Source of the DNA: an uncultured Chloroflexia bacterium
GTDB taxonomy: Bacteria; Chloroflexota; Limnocylindria; QHBO01
Direction of reading: 5' to 3'
DNA: 64,000 bases
Assembly: GCA_963789435.1 (NCBI GenBank)
Contig: CAWBKO010000002.1
Location: 141,386-205,385, forward strand
The notes beneath the pieces are model-generated. The model did no database searches. It was not told where the DNA came from and saw nothing but the letters and a program-made list of their open reading frames with translations. Below, piece after piece: positions 1-13,354 of the stretch. Position numbers and translations under genes: made by a program. The first letter of the stretch is position 1, and every line of letters starts with the position of its first letter.

Positions 1-363
1 GGGGTCATCCGCCTCGAGCAGGTCGATCCACCAATGCTTGCTGGGCGGCTTGGCGGCGGAGCAGACGTAGAGGCGCCAGCGTCCGTCATCGGTCCTGACG
101 ATGGCCGGACGTTCCATCGAAGCCGCATCGAAGTGGGCCTGGTCCAGGTGAGCGACCGTGGTGAACTGCTCGCCATCGGGCGATCGGGCGACGACGGTCG
201 AGCCGCGGCCCGCATGACCGGTCCGCACGCGGTAGGCAATCACGAAGCTGCCGTCGTCGTCGAGGGTCGCGCTCGACGCACCTGCCCACCAGCCGACGCC
301 GGAGCCGGGGGCGGGCACGGCAACGACCGCCGCGGCGCTGCCGGGAAGCGGGAATCCCACCAT
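1..363 (-). CDS. Hypothetical protein, probable beta-propeller glycosidase-like; 3' end runs off the window; absent from ORF track
   Basis: Manual translation MVGFPLPGSAAAVVAVPAPGSGVGWWAGASSATLDDDGSFVIAYRVR...VARSPDGEQF...SMERPAIVRTDDGRWRLYVC, open to the window edge; TAGCAT 7 nt before ATG. Confidence 0.7.
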   Translation of the reverse strand, partial: MVGFPLPGSAAAVVAVPAPGSGVGWWAGASSATLDDDGSFVIAYRVRTGHAGRGSTVVARSPDGEQFTTVAHLDQAHFDAASMERPAIVRTDDGRWRLYVCSAAKPPSKHWWIDLLEADDP

Positions 364-385
364 GCGCCGGATGCTACGCGATCGG

Positions 386-1828
386 CTACGGGCCGTTCAC
401 GAAGCCCGTGGTGTTCACGACCTCGAAGTCGGAGCCGCGGAGCGCCTTGAGCTGATTTAGCTCGTCGTCGTCCCAACGGATGTCCGAGGTGCCGCCGAAG
501 AACCAGGGCGAGCCGTTGTCGGCGAGGATCATCCCGTAGCGCTGCATGGCGACCAGGATCACCCGCATGCGCGGGCTGTAGCCGCTCATGTCGAAGCCGG
601 CCTTCAGCCGCACGCGCATCCCCATCGACGGCAGGGAGGCGGAGCTGCCTGCCCCGGCGTGATGGCGGGCCGGGTAGAGGTGCGCGCTGCGCGTGACCGG
701 CGCCGTGAAGCGGATGGCATGCTCGATCGCGCCGCCGGCAACTTCCTCGTAACGGACGAGGCCCGGCAGGATCGGCAGGCCGGCGGCATCGGCGCTGGTC
801 CAGCCGTCGGGGCGGAGGGCGTTGGAGCGCAGGTTCCAGATCGCGCCGGACCCGGCATGCCACGCGGAGCCGGACCGCTCGGCCGCGAAGAGCTCGTAGA
901 GGCGGCACGTCTCGATGTCCCACATCAGGATGTGGCGGTCGCTCCCTCCCTCGATCCTCGGCGAAGGCGGGATCGGGTAGGGCCCGGCGTCCGACTCGTC
1001 GTCGTAGTCGAAGCTGACCGACACCCGCGGCGTCGACGAGCCGACGACGTTGTAGGGGATCCCGTAGCCGAGGTACTCGCCAAAGTCGGGGTGCAGGTCC
1101 TCGCCTGCCCCGATCGTTGCGACCAGCGCCGACGAGTTCGAGGCGAGAGGAAGCGTATCGACGCGCCGGTTCCAGACGTTGGTCGCCGGAAAGAGCCTGC
1201 AGGCCGGCAGCGGGCCGGACGTTGTCAGCGCGCGATGCAGGAAGGCGGCCATCTGGCCGCGCGTGATCCCGGCATCGGGGCAGAAGCGACCGGGCGCGCA
1301 GCCGCTGGTGATGCCCGACTCGGCAAGCCGGTTGATGTCGGTCTGGTGGGCGGATCGATCGTCATCCGAGAAGTAGTCGCGGGTGGCGCCGGGCAGGCCG
1401 AGCGCCCGCGCCAGGAAGCTCGCCATCTGGGCCCGCGTGACGACCCCGCGCGGGCAGAAGCGGGCGGCGGCACAGCCGCCGGTGATGCCGGAGGCCGCGA
1501 GGCTGTTGATGGCGGACTCGTGAGTCGAGTCCTCGTCATCGATGAAGGCGTTCGTCGCCGATGCGGGCAGATCGAACGCGCGCACCAGGAAGCTCGCCAT
1601 CTGATCGCGGGTGACGAGGTCATCCGGACAGAACCGTCCGGCGGCACAGCCGCCCGTGATCCCGGCATGGCGCAGCCACTCGATGTCCGCCGCGAACGGA
1701 TGACCCGCCGTGTCCGAGAAGGGCGGGACGACCGCGAGCGCGGGCGCGCCCGCCGCACTGCCGGCGATGAACGCGCCGGCGAGCGCGCCGGCCAGCAGGC
1801 GCCGATGGATCGGGAGACGTGAGCTCAC
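386..1828 (-). CDS. Secreted S-layer homology (3x SLH) protein with a conserved C-terminal domain of unknown function
   Basis: Signal peptide; three repeats of GIT.GC...RFCP...VTR.QMA.FL.RA; C-terminal FPATNVWN...SADAAGLPILPGLVRYEEV...HAIRFT domain. Confidence 0.85.
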   Translation of the reverse strand: MSSRLPIHRRLLAGALAGAFIAGSAAGAPALAVVPPFSDTAGHPFAADIEWLRHAGITGGCAAGRFCPDDLVTRDQMASFLVRAFDLPASATNAFIDDEDSTHESAINSLAASGITGGCAAARFCPRGVVTRAQMASFLARALGLPGATRDYFSDDDRSAHQTDINRLAESGITSGCAPGRFCPDAGITRGQMAAFLHRALTTSGPLPACRLFPATNVWNRRVDTLPLASNSSALVATIGAGEDLHPDFGEYLGYGIPYNVVGSSTPRVSVSFDYDDESDAGPYPIPPSPRIEGGSDRHILMWDIETCRLYELFAAERSGSAWHAGSGAIWNLRSNALRPDGWTSADAAGLPILPGLVRYEEVAGGAIEHAIRFTAPVTRSAHLYPARHHAGAGSSASLPSMGMRVRLKAGFDMSGYSPRMRVILVAMQRYGMILADNGSPWFFGGTSDIRWDDDELNQLKALRGSDFEVVNTTGFVNGP

Positions 1829-2163
1829 CCAACGATTAGGCGTTGCGGCCGACCAGAGCGCACTCCCCCATCCGTCTCATGACCGGGACCTACCGATCGG
1901 GTCATCAGGCCGTATTGGATGCCGCACCCGAAGCAGAGCGACGGTTCCGAAGGGCAAGGGGGTGTGAAGGGCCCGAAGTGACCTGCAGCGGCCACGCCAA
2001 GAGACAGGACGGCCGGAGCCGTCAGCGTCCAAACGATCCGGGCCCCTCATCGCACATTCTCCACCCGATGGCAACCGTGGGTGCCCGGATCGGTTGGCTT
2101 GCCCCGACGACTACGCTGGCCTCGGCACATGTGGTTGATGCCTGCGCACGGAGGAGAGAGCTC

Positions 2164-2592
2164 GTGAGCTTCGACGCATTGGGTGGCCTGAATTGGCTGG
2201 CCGTCATCGTTGGCGCGCTGGTCTATTTCGTGCTCGGCGCGCTGTGGTACGCCCCCCAATTTCTGGGGCGCCGATGGCAGCGATCGATCGGCTGGGATCC
2301 CGAGCGCACGCCGCCGCAGATGAGCGTCGCGACCTACGCCGTCCCGCTGCTCGCCTATCTCGTCATGGCCGTGGCCATCGGGCTGCTGGCGTCTGCGACC
2401 GGGACGGACACCATTGGAGAGGGAATCGTCCTCGGGCTTGTGGGCGGGATCGGCCTGTCGCTGATGCACACGCTGGTGGATGCAACGTTCGATCCGAACA
2501 AGCCCGAGCCATGGACCTGGTTCGCGATCAACGGCAGCTATCACGCTCTTGGAATCCTGCTCGTCTCAATCATCGTCGCGGTCTGGCAGTAG
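2164..2592 (+). CDS. DUF1761-family membrane protein
   Basis: LNWLAVIVGALVYFVLGALWY start motif, 4 TM segments, INGSYH; GGAGG RBS before GTG. Confidence 0.85.
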   Translation: MSFDALGGLNWLAVIVGALVYFVLGALWYAPQFLGRRWQRSIGWDPERTPPQMSVATYAVPLLAYLVMAVAIGLLASATGTDTIGEGIVLGLVGGIGLSLMHTLVDATFDPNKPEPWTWFAINGSYHALGILLVSIIVAVWQ

Positions 2593-2596
2593 GACG

Positions 2597-3393
2597 ATGG
2601 CTCCGGGCTCCGCGTCCGAACTCGAAAGCGAGGAGTTCTGGCGGGACTTCCTCACGCGCGGCCATTCGAGGGAACGGCGCCTCCGCGGCGTCTTCCGGCG
2701 CCTCCCGCACGGTCCACGCTGCCAGATGTGCGCGGCCCCGTTCGCAGGAGTAGCCGCTCCGTTCATGCGGATGATCGGCAAGCGGCCGTCGGACAAGAAC
2801 CCCACCATGTGCACCTCGTGCTTCCGGTTCATGTCCACGCATCACGGTGGCGCGGAGATCGAATGCAGCTTCCTGTTCGCCGACATCCGTGGCTCAACGA
2901 CGCTGGCCGAAGGGATGTCGCCGGCAGCCTTCCGTGCGCTGCTCGACCGGTTCTACTCGACGGCGTCGAAGGTTGTCTTCGACCACGACGGCAGCGTCGA
3001 CAAGTTCGTGGGCGATGAGGTCGTCGCCATGTTCTTCCCGCTGCTGACCGGCGAACGCCACGCGGCGAGGGCGGTCGAGGCGGCACTGGCGCTGCTGCGC
3101 GCCACGGGCCACGAGGACCCACCGGACCCTGGGCACCACTCGGCGCCGGCGTCCATACCGGTCCGGCCTGGGTCGGCGCCGTCGGCGAAGGATCCCGCAC
3201 TGAGCTGACGGTACTCGGCGACACGGTGAACACGACCGCGCGGCTGGCGTCGGCGGCAGCAGCCGGCGAGATTCTCGTCACCAGCGATGCCGCCGCGCTC
3301 GCCGGGCTGGATCCGACGCTGGAGCTGCGCCGCCTTGACCTCAAGGGCAAGCAGCTGACCACCCTGGTCGTGAGCCTCTTGGTCCGTCCCTGA
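2597..3393 (+). CDS. Class III adenylate/guanylate cyclase with N-terminal CxxC...CxxC motif (frameshift near 3125)
   Basis: CQMC/CTSC; FLFADIRGST; VDKFVGDEV; after the shift GAGVHTG and TVLGDTVNTTARL. Confidence 0.85.
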
Positions 3394-4222
3394 CTACCGC
3401 CTGACCTGCCAGCCTTCGGTCCACCGTCGCAGTCCGATCGAGCGCTTCCGGTGACTGTGCATAACGGGGCTCCAGGTCGGCGAGCATGACCCGACCCGCC
3501 CACGCGTGGCACGCCGCCGGAATCTCTCTCGCCTCGCGGCCATACCCGTCCGACCAGGCCTCCACCAGCTCATCCACCTGCGAGCGCACTTCGGCCGGCA
3601 ACGAGGCAATCGACGGCTCGACCGTGAGCAGGCTGTGCGTCCGCGCAAGGTCGAGCGATGGATGTCCGCGTCGCGCGTTGTCCCAGTCGACGATGCCGGA
3701 GACTCGGGAGGCCCCGTCCACCAGCAGGTTGAGCGGATGCCAGTCCAGGTGGAGCAGCGCGTTGCCGGACGGCAGGCCGCCAACCTCGCGTCCAGCAGCG
3801 AATGGGTGGACGCCGTCGTCGAGCACGTCGATGAGCGAGGTCGGAGCGACGATCCCGTGCAGGTGGCGTTGCATCTCGCCCATCAGGCGTCCAAAGCGCC
3901 GCGTGCTCTTCGGATCGGCGACGAGCACGTCGTAGAGCGAGCGACCGGGGAGCCACGAAAGGAGCACGGCGTCAACCTCCGCGGTCGTGACTCGCCGAAT
4001 CAGCTGGGGAGCCGGTAGCCCTCCGGCCAGTGCGGTGGCCATGGCGGCCAGCCGAGCATCGGTGAGGGCACTCGAGGACGCCAGCCGCAGGACGTAGGAC
4101 GCTCCCGGCGGACGAACCCTCCACGCGGAGCCGCTCGCACCGCCGGCGGCGGGCTCGATGGCGGCATCGGGGCCGAGACCGAGCCCCCGCACGACGTCCT
4201 CGAGCGTCGCCCGGAGCGTCAA
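3394..4222 (-). CDS. Aminoglycoside-phosphotransferase-like (APH/choline kinase fold) protein, frameshift near 3' end
   Basis: GGASGSAWRV; LLHLDWHPLNLL; IVDWDNA. Confidence 0.75.
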
Positions 4223-4636
4223 CCGGCCCGAGCGGGATCCATCTGCTCGACCCACTGGCGCCGCCACTCGGGAGCCTCGAACGGGCTCGCGAAGTAGTCG
4301 GTCGCGCGGAGGATCTTGCCGTCCGCATCGGCTTCCAGGATCGAGACGAGGCTGACCGGCGTGCCGTCGCCGTAGTCGATGGTGCCCTCGACGACCCAGG
4401 CGTCGCCCGGCTTCACGATCCGACGGAGCGTGAGACTCGGCGCCGTGCCGGTTGCTCCCTCGTAGTGCTGGTTGACGGCGAGGATGTTGTCGCGGCCGCT
4501 GATTCGCTCGCCGGACTGTGGCCACTCCTGGACCATCTGCTCCGACCCCAGCTCAGCGAGCTGGCTCGACAGCTCCCCGATGTCGCCCGATGAATACAGG
4601 TCGTGGAGCTTCTGCTCCAATCGCGTCGTTGCCCAT
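4219..4636 (-). CDS. SnoaL/NTF2-like protein (frameshift near start)
   Basis: EWPQSGERISGRDN...DYFASPFEAPEWRRQWVE; AAGGAGG RBS before ATG 4636. Confidence 0.8.
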
Positions 4637-4746
4637 GAGACGCCTCCTTGCCCGGGTTCGCGCGGCGGACCGCCAACCGGTCGGGGGCCACGCGATGCTC
4701 GACCCAAGTGTGCTCCCACCGCGTCTCGCCGTCGAGGGCGACGATC

Positions 4747-5507
4747 TCAGGTCTTCGCGCCGCCGGTGAAGGCGATCGTCTCGCCGGTCAGGTACGTGTT
4801 CGCGCCGGACGCCAGCCAGACCACCAGGCCGGCGATGTCGTCGGGCGTGGCCAGGCGACGAAGCGGGATCGAGCGCGACATCTTCTCCGCCCGCTCCTCC
4901 GGGATCGACGGCACGCCGTCCTTGACGGTCAGGATCTGCGTCGGCGCGACGGCGTTGACGAGGATGCCGTCGGGCCCGAGCTCCTTGGCAAGCGAGGCGG
5001 TGAGGCCGATGACGCCCGCCTTGGCGGCGGCGTAGTGCGACGCCCGGCGACGCCGGCCAGCGCCGACCGAGACGCGAAGCTGACGATGCGGCCCCACCCG
5101 CCGGCGCGCATGCCGGGAACGACGGCGCGGGAGACCCGGAACGTGGAGGTCAGCATGTCCTCGATCATCGACGTCCAGCTCTCATCGCCGATCTCGGCCA
5201 GCGGCTCGGCACGGTAGGCCGACGTGGCGTTGACGAGGACCGCCACCGGGCCGAGCTCATCGGCGATGGTCGCGACCATGCCCTCGATGGCATCGGTCGA
5301 GCGCAGGTCCGCACCGACCACGATCGCGTTCCGGCCGGAGGACCGGATCTCGTCGGCCATCTCGTGCGCACGACCCCGTGCGGAGGCGTCGCGGACGTGG
5401 AGCGCCACGGCCGAGCCCTCGGTCGCGAATGCGCGGGCGAGCGTCGGACCGACGCCACCTCCGGCGCCGGTGATCAGGACGACGCGGTGGGCAAGGTCGA
5501 GTTCCAT
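4747..5507 (-). CDS. SDR-family oxidoreductase (frameshift near 5045)
   Basis: VLITGAGGGVG; HYAAAK (YxxxK); ILVNAVAP; YLTGETI. Confidence 0.9.
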
Positions 5508-5559
5508 TGGCAGAGCATAGGACGGCCGGCGCCGGATCGGCTCCGCTAGCATTCACGCG

Positions 5560-6846
5560 GTGTCTGCGCCGCCGCGTCCGCGTGGCCTCCGGGCCTTGAT
5601 CTCCGCCTTCGGCGGCGGGTTGTCCGCGAACTTCTGGAAGCTGTGGGCGTCGTCGGCTTCGGCAAACCTGGCCGATGGCATCGCGCTCATCGCGTTTCCG
5701 CTCATCGCCGTCGGGCTGACCAGGTCCCCCGCCGAGATCGCCGGCGTCTCCGTCGCGGCGCAGATCCCCATGATCCTCTTCGGATTGATCGCGGGCGGCC
5801 TGGCGGACCGGCTCGACCGTCGCTGGACGATGCTCGCCGTCCAGCTGCTGCGCGTCGCCGTCATCGGGGCCTCGCCGTGCTGGCGCTGGCCGGCGCGGTG
5901 AGCCTGCCCGTCCTGTATGTCGCCGCATTCATCATCGGCGCCGGTGAGGCGTTCTTCGACACGAACGCCCAGTCGATTCTGCCCGCCGTCGTGGGCCGCG
6001 ACCGGCTGGTCACGGCGAACGGCCGGCTGTTCGCCGCCGAGACGATCATGAACTCGTTCGTCGGGCCACCGGTCGGCGGGCTCCTGGTTGCGATCGCGGT
6101 ACCGCTTGCGCTGTCGGGCGCGGCGGCCGGATACGCGCTTGCCGCCGTCGGCCTGCTGTTGCTACCGGCAGGTTTCGAGCGGAACGCGACCCAGCCGAGC
6201 CGCCGCCTGGCGGTGGAGATCGGCGAAGGGATCGGCGTACCTGGTGCGGCATCGGCTCCTGCTGACGCTGAGCGGGATGGTCGCGCTGGGCCGCCTCGGC
6301 TCCGCGGCGTTCTTCTCGCTGCTCGCGCTCTACGCGGTTGCTCCCGGACCGATGGGGCTGAGCGAGCCGGGCTACGGCCTGCTGCTGGTCACGTTCGGCG
6401 TGGGAAGCGTCGTTGGGTCGGTCATCACCGGGCGCGCGGTGCCCGTGCTCGGGCGTCCCGGCGTGCTGACCCTGGCGACCATCCTCTTCGGCCTCGGGAT
6501 CCTGGTGCCGGCGCTGACGAGCGAGCCGCTCGTCGTGGGCGCCGGCTTCTTCGTTGCCGGAGTCGCCGTGATGGCGTGGAACGTCACCAACGTGTCGCTA
6601 CGCCAGTCGCTCCTGCCGCAGCAGCTGATGGGGCGCGTTCATGCGACCCATCGGTTCATGGCCAACGGTGCCGGGCTGCTCGGCGCGGTGACGGCGGGCG
6701 CCGTGGGCGAAGCGTTCGGGCTGCGCGCTGCCTTCGCCATCGGTGCGGCGATCGTGCTGGTGGGCGTCCTCGGCCGCTTCGTCATCACCGATGAGCGCAT
6801 CCGTGCCGCGGAGTCCGTCGCGGCCGCCAGTGACGGCGTCCGCTGA
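5560..6846 (+). CDS. MFS transporter (two frameshifts)
   Basis: FWKLWASSASANLADG; GGLADRLDRR; LRQSLLPQQLMGRV; about 12 TM. Confidence 0.9.
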
Positions 6847-6966
6847 TCAGTAGCCGTTCCCACCGCCGTCGCTGTTGTTGCACGCGGCGAGGATGACGAG
6901 CAGCAGGAGCCATCCGAGACGCAGGTGACGTTCGTGGGTGACGGACCAACGAGAGATGGTGTTCAT
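6847..6966 (-). CDS. 39-aa lipoprotein-signal peptide precursor (MNTISRWSVTHERHLRLGWLLLLVILAACNNSDGGGNGY)
   Basis: Manual translation; intact 120-nt ORF that exactly fills the gap up to the MFS stop; basic n-region, hydrophobic h-region, LAAC lipobox. Confidence 0.7.
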   Translation of the reverse strand: MNTISRWSVTHERHLRLGWLLLLVILAACNNSDGGGNGY

Positions 6967-6980
6967 GCGGGTCGTGGACG

Positions 6981-6995
6981 GCATCGCGCGTGCCA
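6981..6995 (-). promoter_or_regulatory. Sigma54-like -24/-12 promoter (TGGCACGCGCGATGC) for the small peptide gene
   Basis: TGGCAC-N5-ATGC with exact GG-N10-GC spacing; ends 14 nt before ATG 6966. Confidence 0.45.
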
Positions 6996-7022
6996 GCCGC
7001 GAGGAGGTCCTGATCTGCGGCG

Positions 7023-9672
<2,650 letters not shown>

Positions 9673-9676
<4 letters not shown>

Positions 9677-10713
9677 CGGTCGCTCCGCGAGGCACGAAGT
9701 GCCCCGGGTGAACGCATCGGTCTCCGTCGATCGATGTGAGCGACCCGTCGAGCGAGGCGAGCAGCAGGTCGACGAGGTCGCCGTCGAACTGGGTGCCGCG
9801 GTGCCGGCGCAGCTCCTCGCGAGCCTCGTCCTCTGTGAGCCGAGATCGGTACGGTCGGTCGTGGGTCATCGCGTCGTAGGCATCGACGACCGACACGATG
9901 CGCGCGCCGATCGGGATCGCATCGCCCCGCAGCCCGTCGGGATAGCCGGCACCGTCCCAGCGCTCGTGGTGGCCGCGCACGATCGGGCCGACGATCTTGC
10001 CGAGCCGAAGCGGACGAAGGATCTCGGCGCCGATGAGCGGGTGGCGTTGCATCTCGACGCGCTCCTCATCGGTGAGCTTGCCCGGCTTGGTGAGGACCGA
10101 CTCGGCGATGCCGATCTTGCCGACGTCATGCAGCACCGCGCCGTATCCGACCGCCTCGACCTCATCGGGCTCGAGCCCGGCGAGCCTGGCGAGCACCAGC
10201 GCCTGATCGGCGACGCGGCCGCAGTGGTGCTCGGTCATCGGGTCCTTCGCGTCGACTGGCATTGGCCAGGGCAACCAGCACGTCCTGGGTGTTCTCCAGG
10301 CGCGCGAGCGCCGAGGAAAGGCGGAGGTTTGCGCGAACCCGGGCCAGCAGCTCGGCCGGCTCGAATGGCTTGGTGATGAAGTCGCTCGCACCGGCGTCGA
10401 GGCCGGCGACCTTGTCCTCGAGCCGGCCGCGCGCGGTCACCAGGATGATGGGCAGGAGCGCCGTCGCCGGCATGCGTCGAAGCGAACGGGTGACCTCGAG
10501 CCCATCCATCTCGGGCATGCCGATGTCCAGCAGCGCCACGTCGGGCGGATGGCGCGTGATCTCGGCCAGCGCGGCCTTCCCATCCTCGACGACACGCACC
10601 CGGTAGTCGGCGCGTTCGAGCGAGATGCGCAGCAAGGCCCGCGTCGCCACATCGTCTTCGGCGACGAGGATGGACGGCGCCTCGACAATTGATCGCAGAA
10701 CCGGTTGGTCCAA
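9673..10713 (-). CDS. Response regulator with HD-GYP c-di-GMP phosphodiesterase domain (RpfG-like; frameshift near 10260)
   Basis: REC (LLDIGMPEMDG, FITKPF); LHDVGKIG; HHERWDGAGYPDGL; ARIVSVVDAYDAMT.DRPY; GGAGG before TTG. Confidence 0.92.
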
Positions 10714-10796
10714 GGGTGATTCCTCCGCCGAAAGCGTGGCGGCGGAACGTCCCGATGTCAGCGGTACTTCCGACGGTCCGACATACGCCAGTTGTG

Positions 10797-10810
10797 CGGA
10801 ACATGTTCCG
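10797..10810. promoter_or_regulatory. 14-bp perfect palindrome CGGAACATGTTCCG upstream of the HD-GYP/kinase operon
   Basis: Direct reading; related partial site CGGAACGTCCCG near 10743. Confidence 0.45.
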
Positions 10811-10869
10811 TGCGATCGAGCTCCTGTGACCGCCCTCGACAGCCCTCCGGGGGCCGGTCGCGGACCGCG

Positions 10870-11530
10870 CTAGGGCGCGGCGAATTGCGGCCACCGCCAG
10901 GCAGGCTGGGCAGGCCGCGTCGGCCCAATCGGCGTACGGCGCGTCGAGCTCCGAGGATGCTGTCCTGCGCCGGCGAAGGACCAACCAGCCACCGGCGCCG
11001 AGCAACGCGAGCGCCGCGACGGCCACGGCGATGATCCCGATGCCGCCCTGGACCAGCTCGCTCGCAGACGTGCCGAGCAGGAAGCCGAGTCCAAAGTGAC
11101 CGGCGACGAACACTCCGTTGCCGGCGATCAGTCCGACCAGGAAGGCCGGATACGGCATCGCCGCCAGCCCTGCCGCGGCGATGGCCGCGATGCGGACGCC
11201 CGGTGTCATGCGCGCCACCGCGACGCCACCGGCACCGGATCGCCGCAGGCGCTCGGCAAGCGCATCGATGCGTTCCTGCCGCACACCGGCGAATGCCAGG
11301 ACGGCAAGCAGGGCACGGCGCAGGACGCGGCGGACGAGGAGGAATTGCACGCTGCCCCCGACATAGCCGACCACGAGGATGAGGACGAGCGCGACCAGCG
11401 CCAGTGGCGGGTCCCCGGCCAACGCCACTCCTGCGCCGATGACCAGGAGATCGCCGGGCACCGGGATCGGAACGCCGGCCTCCTTGACCAGGAGGAGCGC
11501 GGCGAGGCCGGCGAGGGCGATCGGTTCCAT
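10870..11530 (-). CDS. DedA/VTT-domain membrane protein with C-terminal CPAC motif
   Basis: VKEAGVPIPVPGD; ARMTPGVR; WADAACPACLA; stop at 10870 needs one frameshift. Confidence 0.8.
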
Positions 11531-11548
11531 GGCCGTTGAGTCGATCCG

Positions 11549-12145
11549 TCAGCCTGGGGAGGGCGCCCGGTCGAGCGCAGCCCTCAGGCTCCGATATGCC
11601 GCGCGCAGCAGCTGGGCGACCTTCGGCCAGTAGGCCGCCCCGCGACCGGCAGGTCCGTCCGGATCGGCATCCGCTCCGCGGTCGCGGACCTCCGCAGCAA
11701 GCCCGCGAAGCCGGCCCGCCTCGGCGACGGCGGCGTCGGGCAGCGCATACAGGGCGCTGAAGAGCGCTGTGATGGCTTCGCCGGCCGCCGCACCGGCGGT
11801 TGAGCCGATCTCGCGGCGCACCACCCACCAACGCAGCTCGCGTCGGGCGACCTCCACCACGCGTTCCGGCGGGATCCCGAGCGCGCGGTAGCCACGGGTG
11901 ATGTCGGGCAGGAATCGGTCGTAATCACCGGTCGACGACCCGAACCGCGATGCGGCCCGCGCCAGCCACAGTGCGCCGACCACTGCCCGGCGCCAGCCGA
12001 CGCCGGCCTGCTCGTGGTTGGCGAGCACGAGCAAGGCGAAGAGGCGGGCCGGCTGCCTCCGGTAGTACGCCTTCCATGCCCGCAGCTCCAGCCGGGCAAG
12101 GCGCTCAGGATCGAAGTCGCGCCCCCAGGCAGCACCGGGCCCCAT
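11549..12145 (-). CDS. Conserved hypothetical helical protein
   Basis: DFDPERLARLELRAWKAYYRR...RELRWWVVRR; GC-typical codon usage. Confidence 0.7.
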   Translation of the reverse strand: MGPGAAWGRDFDPERLARLELRAWKAYYRRQPARLFALLVLANHEQAGVGWRRAVVGALWLARAASRFGSSTGDYDRFLPDITRGYRALGIPPERVVEVARRELRWWVVRREIGSTAGAAAGEAITALFSALYALPDAAVAEAGRLRGLAAEVRDRGADADPDGPAGRGAAYWPKVAQLLRAAYRSLRAALDRAPSPG

Positions 12146-12274
12146 GCGCGGATTATCGCCGGGAAGCGGTCCGCGGTGTCCCGAATGCCGTACGTGAGGC
12201 GGGGCGCATCCCGTACGCTGTAGGGCCTCATCCAGGCGTGGCACCCGAGTCGTTCCGCAGGAGGTTCCGGTCAC

Positions 12275-13342
12275 ATGGACGTTCGACGCATCCAGCCAAT
12301 CGCCCACCGGAGGCACCTCCGCGCCCCCGTCCTGCTCGCCACGGTCGCCCTGCTCTTGCTGAGCGCGTGCGGCGCGACCGGTGCACCAAGCGGCGGCGGG
12401 GACGGCGACGTCCCCAAGGTCGTCGGTGCCTTCGCCACCCAGATCGAGGAGCCGTGGGATGGCGTGATCCACAGCGCGCTCCAGGCCGAGGCCGACGCCG
12501 GCCGCATCGAATACACCTACACCGATGACATCGGCTACGCCGGCGACATGGAGCGCGTGCTGCGCGAAACCGCCGAGCAGGACGCGCCCGGACATCATCT
12601 TCGGCGACGCCTTCGGCAACGAGGAGGCCGTTCGCGCGGTGGCCGCGGACTACCCCGACATCGCCTTCGTCTTCGGGTCCGGTGGCGGTCCGGCCGAGCC
12701 GAACTTCAGCGTCTTCGACAACTGGATCCATGAGCCGGCCTACCTGGCCGGGATGATCGCCGGCGGCGTGACCCAGTCGAACGTTCTCGGCGTGGTGGGC
12801 GGGCTATCCCGTGCCCGAGGTGAACCGCATCGTCAACGCCTTCATCGCCGGCGCGCAGTCGACGAACGAGGATGTCGACGTCAAGGTCACCTTCCTCAAC
12901 AGCTGGTTCGACCCCGCCGCCGCCAAGGAGGCGGCACTGGCGCAGGTCGGCTCCGGTGCCGACGTGCTCTTCGCGGAGCGGTTCGGCGTCATCGAGGCGG
13001 CCCAGGAGAACGACCTGGTGGCCATCGGCAACATGAGCGACCAGAAGGACCTGGCGCCCGGCAACGTCGTGACCAGCGTGACGTGGAACATGGCCCCGAC
13101 GGTCGGATACGTGATCGACCAGGTCATCGCGGGCTCCTACACGGCCCAGGACCTGAAGGACTTCTCGATGGTCGGCAAGGGCGGCGCCGAGCTCGCCGAG
13201 ATCAACGCTGGACGTGCCCGGCGGCGTCCCCGATGATCTGGCAACCCAGGTCGCCGATCGCGAGGCCGAGATCAAGGCGGGCACGTTCCGTGTCGACATC
13301 AACGAGGGCACGCCTCCGGGCTCGACCATCCCCGACGCGTAG
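12275..13342 (+). CDS. BMP-family ABC substrate-binding lipoprotein, nucleoside type (frameshifts)
   Basis: LSAC lipobox; EEPWDG; EPAYLAGMIAG; SWFDPAAAKEAA; GADVLF. Confidence 0.88.
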
Positions 13343-13354
13343 CCGGCGCCGGCA

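Noticed and set aside
1830-2160. Riboswitch or hammerhead ribozyme upstream of the SLH gene (CTGATGA on minus strand, ATGACC/GGTCAT hairpin)
   Set aside because: No GAAA core after the stem and no recognisable aptamer; needs an Rfam scan
3394-4222. True aminoglycoside resistance kinase
   Set aside because: Only generic APH-fold motifs, in an SDR/SnoaL context
10797-10810. LexA box
   Set aside because: GAAC-N2-GTTC spacing, not N4
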